Assembly: GCA_013239625.1 (NCBI GenBank)
Contig: MU053995.1
Span: 310,001-374,000, forward strand
Direction of reading: 5' to 3'
DNA length: 64,000 nt
Source of the DNA: Lama guanicoe
Taxonomy: Eukaryota
The position numbers and the translations under genes were made by a program. Every line of letters starts with the position of its first letter. Within the stretch, counting starts at the first letter, position 1. Below, one piece after another: positions 13,697-26,500 of this stretch. The notes beneath the pieces were generated by a model. That model worked only from the letters and a program-made list of their open reading frames with translations. It was not told the origin of the DNA and ran no database searches.

Positions 13697-13757
13697 CTAT
13701 TCCATCAAAAAATGAGTTTGGCTCTTGTGGCTGTAATTCAAGCTCATCTTCATCCAT
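13697..13757 (-). CDS. ZFY: ZFY first coding exon, coding part (MDEDELELQPQEPNSFFDGI-G, 61 nt, phase 1). Whole exon is 13697-13785.
   Basis: Hand translation of the minus strand. Strong Kozak GGCCATGG, acceptor tttag|GAGCTG at 13785, donor G|GTATAT at 13697/13696. DE..QPQE..DGIG is the ZFY-type rather than ZFX-type (MDEDGLELQ..DATG) N-terminus. Too short for the ORF track. Confidence 0.93.
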
Positions 13758-14089
13758 GGCCTTTGATTCTCATTAGTCACAGCTCCTAAACCAGGGAATA
13801 AAGTATACCAAACATTAATTTTTTTATATCACATAGTTAAAATGTAATCATAATGTTTACATTTTGGAAATGCTCGTATTTCCTAATTTATCAAAAAACC
13901 TATCAATGTAAAATAAAAGTGAACATAATGATTTCCAGTAATATTTGGGCACCTATGTCATAAGGAAGGGCAGTTAAATGAAAAACGATGACAGTGTTTG
14001 GGAAATTTTTGTTTGTTTTAATTAAATGCTTTTTTAAAAACTTTTTCTCTTTTTTAAATGCTTTTTTAAAAACTTTTTTCTCTTTTTAA

Positions 14090-14520
14090 ACTGAGGTACA
14101 GTTGATGTACAATTATTATATTAAATTTCAGATGTACAACATAGTGGTTCACAATTTTTGAAGATTATATTCCATTTATAATTATTGTAAACTATTGGCT
14201 ATATTCTCTGTACTGCACTACATATCCTTGTTATATTTATTTTGTACAGAGTAGTTTGTATCTCTTAATTCCCTAGTCCTACCTTGCCTTTCCCCTTTCC
14301 TTCTCGCTGATGGTAACCATTAGTTTGTTCCATATATCTGTGAGTCTGCTTCTTTTTTGTTATATTCACTAGTTTGTTGTATTAAAGTATATAAATCTTA
14401 AGTGTTCGGCTTAATGAATTTATTTAAGTGTAAGTTTGTATTAGCATTATTAAGGGTAATATACGGAACATTTCTTATACTGCAGAAAACTCCCTCTTGC
14501 CTCCTCTCCATCAGCAGTAC
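14090..14520 (-). mobile_element. L1 3'UTR fragments
   Basis: Antisense L1 3'UTR phrases (gttgatgtacaattattata..., ggtaaccattagtttgttc). Confidence 0.7.
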
Positions 14521-14610
14521 AATACTCTAAGGTTCCAGTTTAACATATTTTGTAGTTTATTGAGGAAATGCCAGCAAGATGTTATTATATCTTTAAATCT
14601 GAAAGTCTAG

Positions 14611-14775
14611 AGGGGTGGATATAGCTCAATGGTAGAGCACATTTTTAGTGTGCATAGGGTCCTAGATTCAATCCCCAGTACCCCCATCTAAAAAAAAAAA
14701 ACCAAGATAAACAAATAGAAAAAACAATCCTAAAAAAGAAAATGACCCAAGAAAATAAAGAGAAATTAAAAAAAA
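14611..14775 (+). mobile_element. tRNA-derived SINE (Vic-1-like)
   Basis: TAGCTCAATGGTAGAGC A box, GATTCAATCCCCAGTACC B box, long A-rich tail. Confidence 0.85.
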
Positions 14776-15332
14776 TTTAATACAGTCTATAATCTTCCTG
14801 CCAATAAGTAATAAAATGGTAAAAATTCAAAATTACAATGGCAAACACTTCAAATTTCTGTGTTGAGATTTCTACAGAGCTTACAATGACCTTAACTGAA
14901 CTTCTAACAGCAGAAATAATTCTCACTGTGTATCATATCTTCTAAGTCACAGATAAATTGGTACCAGGCATAAAAAGTTAAATAAATTCATCTTTGAACA
15001 CAATAAAGTCAAAATATTCATCTATAGGATATCTCAAACCATTAGGGTAGCAGAAGAAACAACCATTAAAAAAAAAAAAAGTTAAAATACAAAGAATCCA
15101 AAAACCTAGGACATGCAAGTGAATACACAGAGGGAGCAAAAATGGGAGGTTTATTAGGAGCCATGATTTATTTATGTTGCAAGCACAACACAAACTTTCC
15201 AATTGGTTTTCCATACCCACTTTCTCACTTTCTAATTCACCTTCAACACTACTAGATGTAGCTTCCTTAATCTTTATCAATTCTGTTGACAATATAGAAA
15301 ATGAAAGTTTGTTAAAATTTCAAGTAATGAGG

Positions 15333-15859
15333 TGTACTGATCATATTTTCTTATTTTCTCTGTTTATCATGCTCTCTCTTTCCAGGTCTTGATTATACAG
15401 GGACTGCTCCTCCCAGAGCTAGCTAAATCCTACTGACAGCAACAGTCTCCCTGTGAGCACATCTTTGATATACAAACTAACCAATCAGAATCTACACCCC
15501 CAACCATTAAACTTCCATACTAAGCCAAGATTTCCTCTACCCTAAAATAACCCAGGGCAAGGAACCACACAACTAGGGACAATTCCTACAGCTCAGAGAC
15601 ACTTAAATTGTTCAAACTACCCAATCCTCACCTTAACATATCTACCTGCCCATTCCTTCCTCACAGAACCCAAATAAAAGCTCTGAGCCATGGTATCCCC
15701 TTTCCTCTGCTTCCTTCCCTACTTGGCCCTTAATGGAATGACATGCCTCTCTCCTTCTACTCTTTTATCTGTGAGTATGGACTTCCTCCTTCATACCATT
15801 TTCATATCTGATATCTTGTGCTAAATAATAAAAATAAATCTTGAATACATTTTAACACA
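15333..15859 (+). mobile_element. Solo LTR (ERVL-class, MER73/MER74/MER88-like)
   Basis: TG...CA ends, CCAAT box, AATAAA, recalled consensus similarity. Confidence 0.55.
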
Positions 15860-18800
15860 AGTAAAAATGAATGTTTTTTCAAACATAATTCAAATGATAT
15901 CAGACCTCAATTCAATTTTTTAATGGCCCTCTGCTGAATCCAAATAAAATCCAAGGTCTTTGTCCTAGAAGCCTCTAAGATTTGGTTCTAACTACCTTTC
16001 TACTATTCTAAGAATTTCCCTTCAACTCATGTTCCGCTCCTCTCTACCATCACCTTCAATTTCTGTTTTTCTCTCTCTCTCTTCGACCAAACAAAATAGC
16101 CACCATCTCTGTAAGACCCAAACTGTATACTTGCTTTCAGATTTCTTCTACGTCAAAGAACTTTCCATATCATTTGTGCTTCAATTTATACCCTACATGT
16201 CCTTCCCCATACCAAGAAAATGCTAGAAGCAACCCCTCCCTCTGCTACATTTTCATAGCACTTCATCCCTTTACTGGTTTTTCTTAGCATATGTCATGGT
16301 TTCTTACATATGTCTTGATGTTTGATATTAAATTATATAATCCTTAAGGCAATAATGAAAGTAAGAAACTCAACTGTAATTTACATTATTACAAAGTTAA
16401 TTTCTAATATGTCACTGAGACATAATACAATCCATTTTCAAGAAAGTGTGTTTTATGACATTTATTCAAAATGTTTCAAATAAAAAGGCCATGATGAGTA
16501 CCTCAACAAATATTTTTTCAACCATTGAAAAATGGAAAAGATTCTTGCTCTAATTAAGTTTGTCACTGCCTCCTCTCCCCAAAACTCTCTGGCATGTACC
16601 TACTTTCCCTCTTTAAAAGTATAAACATAAAAGAATAAATAAGAAAATATCTGTGAGCACAGTTAAAACTAAAAATGATTTGCATTTAAGGTATCTTCAA
16701 ATTCCCCTACAAAAATCAGTATCATTATCTCTAACAAAAGTTCAACTTGGATCACCACAGTGAAATAAGAGGTTTTTTAAAAAAAGTTTTACTGTCCTAA
16801 CCCCTAAGAACACTGACTGAGACAACCATTCATGGACAAGTGAGCCTTCGTAGAAGTTCTGGAATTCAGTGGAGAAATCTCAGCACTCCCTTAAGCAAAT
16901 ATATCTGAGATTGGATCCATCAGAATGGTTAAGAAAAATAGTTTCACTTTTCCCAAAGCAGCACAGCTCAGTGTCAAGGGAGTCCTTCTTGGCCTGTAAA
17001 TGAGTGCCCAGGTTCCCCATTCATGCAGGACACTGTCAAAGAGATTTACTTCTTTCACCACATCTGGAATAATGAGATGTGCAAGACTGGGGGTAGGGAG
17101 GAGCCATGAGAACAGGAGCCAGGGCTCTTGGAGGGCATTAAAGAAACACAATCCTACTATCTGCTTCATGACTCTATCAGAAACCCACCGATGAGCCACT
17201 GAAGACTGCTTGCTTATCTCCCCCACCCCAATGTGGCTTAGCCTACACACTCCCATCCCATGGATGGCTCCCTGTGTGCACTGCCAGTGGTACAAGAGCA
17301 GGTGTGACTTTGTTGGATCAGGAGAAACTTCATAAACTAGGAGTTTCAGCACTACTTTGGGTAAAGCAAACATGCTCTCAACACAATTGCTGGCTTTGCA
17401 GAATAGAAATAAGGCAATACAATCTTAAGAATTCCCTCAAATGAGAAACCAAAAAGGATGGAGCAAGTATATGCACAGAAAATGTGTGAGAAAGCCTCAG
17501 AATCCCTTATACGAAAGAAGGAAGGTACTTCTCTTCCAAAGCCCATTAAATAAAGAATAGAGGCGATGACTACTTCTTCAACTGGGAAAAAAATGACAGA
17601 CATAAAATGACTTGAAGGATATTGAAAAATCAAGGACACAACACACTACCACTGAAACACAAACACAAACTGCAGACCTCTATGTCTTTAGGGTTAGTTA
17701 CTAGAAAATTATTGCCATAAAGAATTTGAAGTACTTATTTTAAGAAAACTCAACAAACTAAAAGAAAACACAGAAAGACAATTACAAAATGACAAAAGCA
17801 ATACACAAGATAGGAACTTTGAAACAGAGATCATAAAAAAACCCCACCAAAACACAAATTCTGAAACTGAAGAATAGAGCAAATAAAATGGGGGAGGGGG
17901 ACCCTAAAATGCAAAAGAAAGTATCAACAGCAAACTGGATTAAGCAGAATAATCAATCTGTGAAGCAGAAGACAGGTGTTCTGATATAATTCAGTCAGAG
18001 GCAAACAGAGAAAAGAAGAATGAAAAAGAGAAAAAACTGCTTACTTTACTGGGGCATATCGTTAAAGGAAACAACTTACACATTACTGGAGTCCCAGAAA
18101 ATGAGAACACAGAGAAGAGGGCAAAACACATTTGGAAAATAATGGCTAAGGACTTCACCAAACTGGGGAAACTCTGACATCCAAGTCATGAATACCCTTA
18201 ATTTCAATCTAAAATGATCATCTCCAAGACACATAATTAAATTGTCAAAAATCAAAGAGAAACAGAGAACCTAAAAAACAGAAAGAGAAAAAATATCCTC
18301 TTAAAAGGGAACCCCAACAGGGTATCAGTAAATTTCTCAGCAAAAATGTTGCAAGCTAGGATTTAATTTTATAGCTTAAGATTATTCTGAATTTGACTGT
18401 AGATCTCCCTTTATTGCTGTGCTTTAAATTTTCTTATGTTTTCATGTTATTAATTAACTGTTATTTATTTAAGCCTTAAGAACTCTTCTCAACATTTCTT
18501 GTAAGGCAGGTCTAGTGATATTAAACTCCCCTAGCTTTTGTTGGGAAGTCTTTATCTTTCCTCCTTTTCTGAAGGACATATAAATTATAAGCAATAATAA
18601 ACTGTCCTATAAGTTAGAGGACAAAGGTATTAAAAATAATTACAGCTAGTTTGTTAGTGGATATATATAGTAAAAAAGGTAAACTGTGACAACAAAAACA
18701 TAAAATGTGGAGAGTAAGGTACAGAAATTCTGTATGCAACTGAACTTTAAAAGAGTATGATATGCATAACTTATAAATTTTTAAGTTTTACAGAAACTGA

Positions 18801-21123
18801 AAACCAAAACCTGTAGTAGACACACAAATGACAGAAGAGAGGCAAAACTTACCACTATGAAAAACAGCCAGTTCCCGAAGGAAAGCATCAAGATAAGGAG
18901 AGAACAAAGGAAACAGAAATCATTCAGGAAACAGTAAGATGGCATTAGTAAGTTTATGTATCATTAACTATTCTAAATGTAAATAGATTGAATTTTCCAA
19001 TCAAAAGACAAAGAATGGCTAGATGTAGTTAAAAAGATTCAACTATATGCTGCCCACAGGAGACCCACTGCAGCAGGCTCAAAGTGAAGGGATAAAAAAA
19101 AGATATTCCTTCCAAGTGGAAATCAAAACAGAGCAGAGGTAGCAACACATATCAGATACAATCAATTGTACATCAAAAATGGTAGCCAGACAAATTTATT
19201 ATATAACAATAAAGGGTCAATTTATCAAGATGATACAACAAATCATAAACAAAAGCCATGCAGCCAATACTGAACCTTGCATTCAACACTGAACCACCTA
19301 AATATATTATGCAAATTCTAATGATTCTGAAGGGAGAAAAAATAATACAGTAACAATAGGGAGCTTCAATACCACAACTTTTAACAACAGATAGATCATT
19401 CAGACAGAAAATCTACAAGGAAATGTTGAAGTTGAACTGTATGCTAGATGATTCTTCTCAAGCACAAATGGAATACTCTTCAAAGTAAATTATTACAAAA
19501 CAATCATTAAGAACAATTACATGCCAACAAAGTGGATAACCTACAGAAGAATGAACACAGTCCTAGAAACATAATTCCTAGCAAGACTGAATCAGGAAGA
19601 AACAGAAAACCTAACAGCTCAATAGTGAGTAAAGAGACTCAATCAGTACGTAAAGCCTACCAAAACAGAAAAGCCCAGGAACAGTTTTGGCAGATGAATT
19701 GTATCAAATACTTATGAAAAAGACTAACTCTCCAACTTAATTACTTCCAAAATCTGAAGAAATGTATTTTGAGGCTAGCATTACCATTATGTTGAAGCTA
19801 AATAAGCATAGTATAAGAAAGAAAAACTAAAGGCCTTTATCCCTGATAAATATAAATGTAAAAATTCTTAATAAAATTCTAGTAACCTAAATTCAACTGC
19901 ACATTAAAAGAATCACCACAGTAACAAAGTGAAGAATAAAAACATATATAGTAAGTCCACAGCTAATATATACTCAGTGTTGAAACATAAAACATTTTCT
20001 CCATGATCAGGCACAACACAAGAATGCCCACAATCACCACTCTCATTCAACATAGCACTGGAAGTTCTAACTAGTCCAATTAGGCAAGAAAAAGAAAAGG
20101 CATCAGAATAGGAAAAGAAAATTTGTTTATATCGGTAGATGACACTATTTTATACATAGAAAATTCTAAAAACTCCAACAAAACACAAATTCAGTAAAGT
20201 TGCAGGGATACAGTAACAGCATAAAAAAGTCAGCTAAGTCTCTGTGTACTAACAATGTACTATCTTAAAAATAAACAAAACAACCAATCCACAATAACAT
20301 CAAAAACTTTAAAATGATTAGGAATAAATTTAAGCAAGTAATAATGTTCAGCACACTGAAAAGAACAAGATTGGATGAAAGAAAGTGAAGACACAAGTAA
20401 ATGGAATGATAACCTGTGTTCATGGATAAGAATGATTAATACTGTAAAATATCAATTCTACTCAAAACCATCTATAGATACAATGCAACCTCTATTATAA
20501 CATCCAATCATAGTTTTCACAGTAGAAATAGAAATAGGAATATAAAAAACAATCCTAAAATTTGTGTGAAATCACAAGAGAATCAAGTACCCAGAAATAA
20601 ACCTATGCAAATATACCAAAATAATTTACCAGGAAGTTAGGAACAGTCAATAGGGAAAGGACAGTCTCTTACAGAAGGTTCAGAAAACTGGACTATCACA
20701 CACAAAAGATTAAAATAGACTTCTAACTTACAAAAGTTAACCTGAAATGGACTAAGACTTAAATATAAGACTTGAAGCCATAAACCCCCTATGAAAAAAT
20801 ATAGAGGAAAAAGCTCCATGACATTGGTCTTCGCAAGCTTTTCTAGATATGACACAAAAAGCACTGTTTCAGATGTCACCTCGTATCTGTTAGATGGCTG
20901 GCAACAAAATGAGAAGAAATTATAAGTGTTCCCTTGAACCCTTGCGGACTGCTGGTGGGAATGTAAGCTGATGCAACCAGTGTAGAAAACAGTATGGAGG
21001 TTCCTCAAAATACGAAGAATAGAACTACTATAAGATCCAGCAAGTCCAGTTATGGTTATATATCCAAAGGAAATAAAATTACAATGTCTAAGAGACAGCT
21101 GCACTCTGATGTTTACTAAAGTA

Positions 21124-21918
21124 CAGGATTTCCCTTCTTAGATGCAGGGATATGTTCCAAGAAAATACCTGGAAGTGTAGATAGAACAAAACCCTACACA
21201 TACTGTTTTTTTCCTATTTGTGAAAACCTATGATAAAGTGTAAGTGATAAATCAGACACAGAGTAAAACAATAACCACAAATAGAAAAATCGCATTATAC
21301 TGTTATGTGAATGTGCTCTCAAAAATATTTTATTGTACAAATTAACTGCTTTTTTTATCTTAACTAAGTGCTATTCATACAATGTGCCTGTAACTTATCT
21401 GCAGCAGTCTGAGGTATAACACTGAAAAGTAGGACAAACTTTTTCCTTCTTCATAATTTCATGGATAGAACATTCACTCTTACTGTAGTTATTAGTAGCC
21501 TAAGCACACTTTTTTTTTACCTTATAACAGAACTTTCACCTTCTCTAACAGGAAGCATTTTGTGGCTTCTCTTTGCCATTCCTGAAATGCCAGCATCACT
21601 ACTTCTGTGTTTCGAAGTTATTATTAAGTTAAACAAGTGTTTTTTGAGTTCAAGCACAGTGATATTGAGACTGTAGATCTGATTACCCAGGAACTACTAA
21701 ATGACTAAGGTGTGGGATACATTGGTCAAAAGGGTAATTCATGTCACAGCTGTGACAGGGCAAAACAGCAGATTTCATCATGCTACTCAGGACGGCATGC
21801 AATTTAAAATTTATGAATTTTCATTTCTGGAATTTTCCATTTAATATTTTCAGACCATGGCTGACTATCGGTAGCTGAAATCCTAGAAGGTGAAATCTCA
21901 GAGAAGGAAGTACCACTA
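21124..21918 (-). mobile_element. Tigger7/MER44-type TcMar DNA transposon
   Basis: TA-flanked. Minus strand carries the MER44 left end (..aaatattaaatggaaaattccagaaa..) and a transposase N-terminal remnant (SSDAGISGMAKRSHKMLP). Confidence 0.8.
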
Positions 21919-21999
21919 TATTGTCTGCAATTATTTCACCCAGATATGGGGAAAAAGCTAAGCATCCGTAAACAGATGAATATGTAAAGAAAATGTGTA

Positions 22000-23575
22000 C
22001 AGGTATAGCTTGGACATATTTTGGGTTCAGTTCCTGAGTGCCACAATAAAGCAAGTCACAAGAATTTTTGTTTCCCAGTGCACATAAAAGTCACGTTTAC
22101 ACTGTACTGCAGTCTATTAAGTGTGCAATAACAGTATGTCTGAAACAAAATATATGTATCTTAATTTAAAAATACTTCATTGCTAAAAAAATGTCAACCA
22201 TCAGTGAGTTATAATCTTTGCTGGTTAAAAGTCTTGCCTTGATTTTGGTAGCTGCTAACTAACCAGCACGGTGCTTGCTGAAGGGCTATGAAAATTTCTT
22301 TAAATAAGACAACAATAAAGTTTGTTGTGTCAACTAACTTCTCTTCTCATTTGAACACTTAAAGACCACTGTAGAGTTATTAACTTGCCTAATTTTTTTC
22401 TTTTCTTTTCTTCAATTGACCCATAGTTGATTTACAATATTGTGTTAGTTTCAGGTATACAAAAAATGATTCAGTTATACATACATACATCTACACATAT
22501 TTATGTTCTTGTTCAGATTACATTCCATAACATGTCATTACACAATATTAAGTGTAGTTCTCTATACAATAGAACAAATCCTTGTGGTTTATCTATTTTA
22601 TATGCTGTTATGTGCATCTGTTAATCCTACACTCTTAATTTATTCCTTCCCACCCCCTTCCCTTTTGGTAACCATAAGTTTATTTTTAATGTCTGTGAAT
22701 CTGTTTCTGTTTTATAAATAAGTTTATTTGTATTATTATTTCTATTTCAGATATAATTGATATCATATCACATCTGTCTTTCTCTTTCTGACTTAGTTCA
22801 CGTAATATGACAATCTCTAGGTCCATCCATGTTGCTGCAAATGGCAACATTTCATTCTTTTTTTTAAATAGCTGAACAGCGTCAAGGTGTCTTTTCCAGT
22901 TAGTTTTTCACCTTTTCCAGATACATATCCAGGAGTGGAACTGCTGGATCATATGATAACTCTATTTTCAGTTTTTTCAAAGAAACTCCATACTGGCCAC
23001 AATGGCTCCATCAAATTACATTCACATCAACAAGACAGGAAAGTTATCTTCTCTTCACATTCTTCCTAGTATTTATTGTGGGTAGACTTTTTGATGATGG
23101 CCATTGTGATCAGTATGAAGTGATATATCATTGTGATGTGCACTTCTGTAACAATTAGCAATGTTGAGCATCTTTTCATGTTGGTGTTATTTTAATACAT
23201 ATTGCTGAATCACAGGGAATGAGGAGGCCTGAGGAAAGAGACAGAAGGATGAATGGTCTTTAGGTGGAGCTGTCAAAATACCCAACGTTTATTAAGTTCA
23301 TCTTATATGGGTGCTATTTGTGGTGTCCAAAAACAATTATAGTAACATCAAAGATCACTGATTTCAGATCACCATAAAATAATAAAAATTCTGACATATT
23401 CAGAGAATTACCAAAATGTGACACAGATACCTGAAATGACAAAATGCTGTTGGAAAAAGTGATCCCAACAGACTTCCTAAATACACGGTTGCCATAAACT
23501 TTCAATTTGTAAAAACCTCAGTTATTAGTAAAGTGCAAAAAGAAGCAAAATATGCTAAAAGAAGGTATGATCATA
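22000..23575 (-). mobile_element. Internally deleted Tigger1, split by an L1 insertion
   Basis: Both Tigger1 termini recognisable (caggtatagcttggacatattttgggttcagttcc... and ...aagaaggtatga). Confidence 0.8.
22394..23180 (-). mobile_element. 5'-truncated L1 3' end inside Tigger1
   Basis: T-rich tail at 22394-22413, antisense 3'UTR and ORF2 terminus. Confidence 0.85.
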
Positions 23576-26500
23576 TGTAAATACAATGAAGTATGATTCA
23601 GTAATAAAGAGGAAGGCAATCTCACAACCTGCAAAAACATGAACGAACCTTAAGTGATATAAGTCAAAGAAAGACAAATGATCTTACTTTCATGTGGAAT
23701 CTAAAAAAGCTAATCCCACAGAAACAGAGAACAGAATAATGGCTACCAAGGGAAGGAGATTTCAGGAAAATAGGAGGATATTGGTCAAAAAGTATGAACA
23801 AACTTCCAGTTAAAAGGGTGATTAAGTCTCAGGGATCAAATATACAGAATGGCCACTACAGTTATCTACTATATTATACGTTTAAAGTTGCTAAGAGACT
23901 AAATCTTAATATTGTCACCCCCAACCCCCACCCTAGGGATCCCCCACACATGTGATGACAGAGAGGTGTTAACTAACCTTGCAACCAATTCACAATGTTT
24001 ACTGACATCAAATCATTGCACTGTACACCTTAAACTTACATGTTATATGTTAGTCATTTCAATAAAGGCTCGGGGAGGTGGAGCTAATCTGTAGAATAAC
24101 CTTTTTTTCTCATTTACTGCATTAGTTTGAGAAAGAACTCCCTCAATTTTGAAATTACTTTCTTTCTCAGTCTCTTTAAAGTGACATCCCAGTTTTCTTC
24201 CCACCTTCCCAACTTCTGGCTATTCTGCCACCCCTCACACCCTGCCCAGCCAGGGTTACGCAATCAGTCCTCTTTTCTTCTGTTTTCTTTTTATTGCTAT
24301 GGTTTCAACTACCATGTACAAAAAGGTAATACCCCAAATCATCACACTCAGACTAGGCTAGGACCTATCACACTACCTACTGAATATTTCACATGGATAA
24401 AACCCAGTCTCTTCTAGACACAATCAGTATGACCTCTTTTTTTTCCTGTCAGTTGGGATGTCAGATCTTGTTCATTCCTTCTCTCACAACTTCTGAATTA
24501 CCTGTTCCTTTCTTTTATTTCCAGCATCTCCATTCACTCTCAACTCTTCTTTATTTCCTGATAGTGAGGGATAAAAACATGCTCTCAAATAACCTTGCTT
24601 CTTTCTGTCACTCCCACAAAAAAGACTAGGAACCCTATTACAAGATAGGGTTGATGCCAAGTACTGAAGCATTCATACAGCACAGCCGTGATCATGACAC
24701 TCCCTTGCTCAGAATACTTCATCAGTTCCCCAGTATTTAGGGTGCTCTACAATATTAACCAAAGGTAAATAATAAATCTACTGACTACTATCCAATTTTG
24801 CAGTCTGAATGGAGCATGTCATTCTTCAAACATGTCTTTCGTGCTTTCTTAAAACTTCAATTATGGCATTTGACAACTTGGAGTTTTCTGGGAGGTAAGG
24901 TCTCTGAAGTGGAATTATGCCTATTTACTTGTCATAATCAGGGTCAACAACTGCACAAACATTTACACCTGTAGTTAAGATGCTACTCATAGTGACTTAC
25001 AAGTCTAGTAAGAGCAAACTGGTTTATACAATGAGTCATGTATGCCACAGATAGCTGAATTCTGACAATAAAAAGGAGGAAAGAAGAGCTCAAGCAAGTG
25101 AGAAACTACTCTTAACTGCTGAGGTGCACTCTAGTATCCTACAAAGACACCTACTCAATTCAAAACCTTCAAATGTAAGAATCAATTACAATTTTATATC
25201 ATATGCATTTACTAAATAGTCTGACCTACAAGAAAGGTACCTATCTGTAATATTTTTACTAACATGAGAAATCTTTGTTCAAAAATGCATTTTACTAGTT
25301 CTTCCTCCCCTCCATCTTATGACTGAAAAAACTGAAATAGGCAAAAGAAAATTTTTTGTACTCCAAAGATGACTACAGCTTACTTTAGTAGTCTTTCCTC
25401 CATTAGCACTGCCAGTCAATCAGAAAAAGACCATGTTCTTAAATGGAATATATTCCAAAAAGGGTCTCATGATTGTGATAAAAATGAAATAACATGGTTA
25501 GACAGTTTAACTGAAACTGTCCATGTCTTTACTGTACAAACTAACCCTAGACATCAACTGAATCTAAATAAAATAAGCAAATAAACCAGAGAAGTAAGAC
25601 TTTTAAAATGAGATGAACAAATCCTGATGTTGTCTGCTATCAAATGCCCTGAAAGTACTCTACCTCAAATTCACTATGACTTCCTCCCTCCAGTTGCAAG
25701 GACGATGATCTGAAAAATTAAAACTTATGCCTTGAAAATGTAGATCATGAACTTTCTGAGAAAAATTCACAGTCCTAATGAAAATAAAGGACTAGATAAA
25801 ATTTTGTAAATACACAAAAATATTTTTTCCATTCTCTAAAACAATAAAAATAACATAAAATGTTAAGAGTTTAGCAATATTTCATCTATGTTAAGACAGT
25901 AATTACAATTTACTTATATTTTAAAGAATCTGATACCTAGACACTTTTACGTGATCTCTTCTAGGTACATTTCAAAGTGTTTGTTTACCACAATGTTTTT
26001 GATGAAGTGTATGCTTGCTAACATATATGCAAAAATCATTTTTCTGATTCTTACCTCCAAACATATTAATGCTCTTAACTATTACTTTAAGTTCCCCTCC
26101 TTAAGTCACACTCAGAAAACAAAAACAAAACAAGGTATTATACCAGGTAGACAGAATCATTCAAACTGCTAGAAATTAAAATAAATTTGTCCACAACAGG
26201 ATTCTTCATAAGGGAAAACTATATCACTTTAAAAGGGTGAGTAATAGCAAGTACTTATTTAATAATTCTCCAAAGCAAAGCTAAAGACTCAGCTAATTTC
26301 TTATCTGCTGTTAAATTAAAAATTTTCTGTTTTTGGAGTAAGGCGTGAAGAAGAGGCAACCAAAAAAACTTAAAAGTTAGTAACATAAAAAGGGGGTAAA
26401 CTGACTCAAAAAGTACAAATATGATATTAAAATTTAAAAAATTACCATAAATAGGACAGAATGCTTCTTAGTACTGTTTGTTATTCTATGCTAGAACACT

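Larger units (their letters stand above)
16790..24068 (+). mobile_element. Old near-full-span L1 (5'UTR, ORF1, deleted ORF2, 3'UTR), interrupted by Tigger insertions
   Basis: 5'UTR ~16790-17550, ORF1 remnants ~17600-18580, EN start atggcattagtaag at ~18940, ORF2 pieces to 21120, 3' end 23575-24068 with AATAAA. Confidence 0.8.

Noticed and set aside
14022..14090. Two-copy ~32-bp tandem duplication (a similar ~27-bp pair is at ~9768-9825)
   Set aside because: Simple local slippage; no array or spacer structure, not CRISPR-like
16891..17373. 160-aa minus-strand ORF
   Set aside because: Lies in an L1 5'UTR-like region and has no recognisable homology
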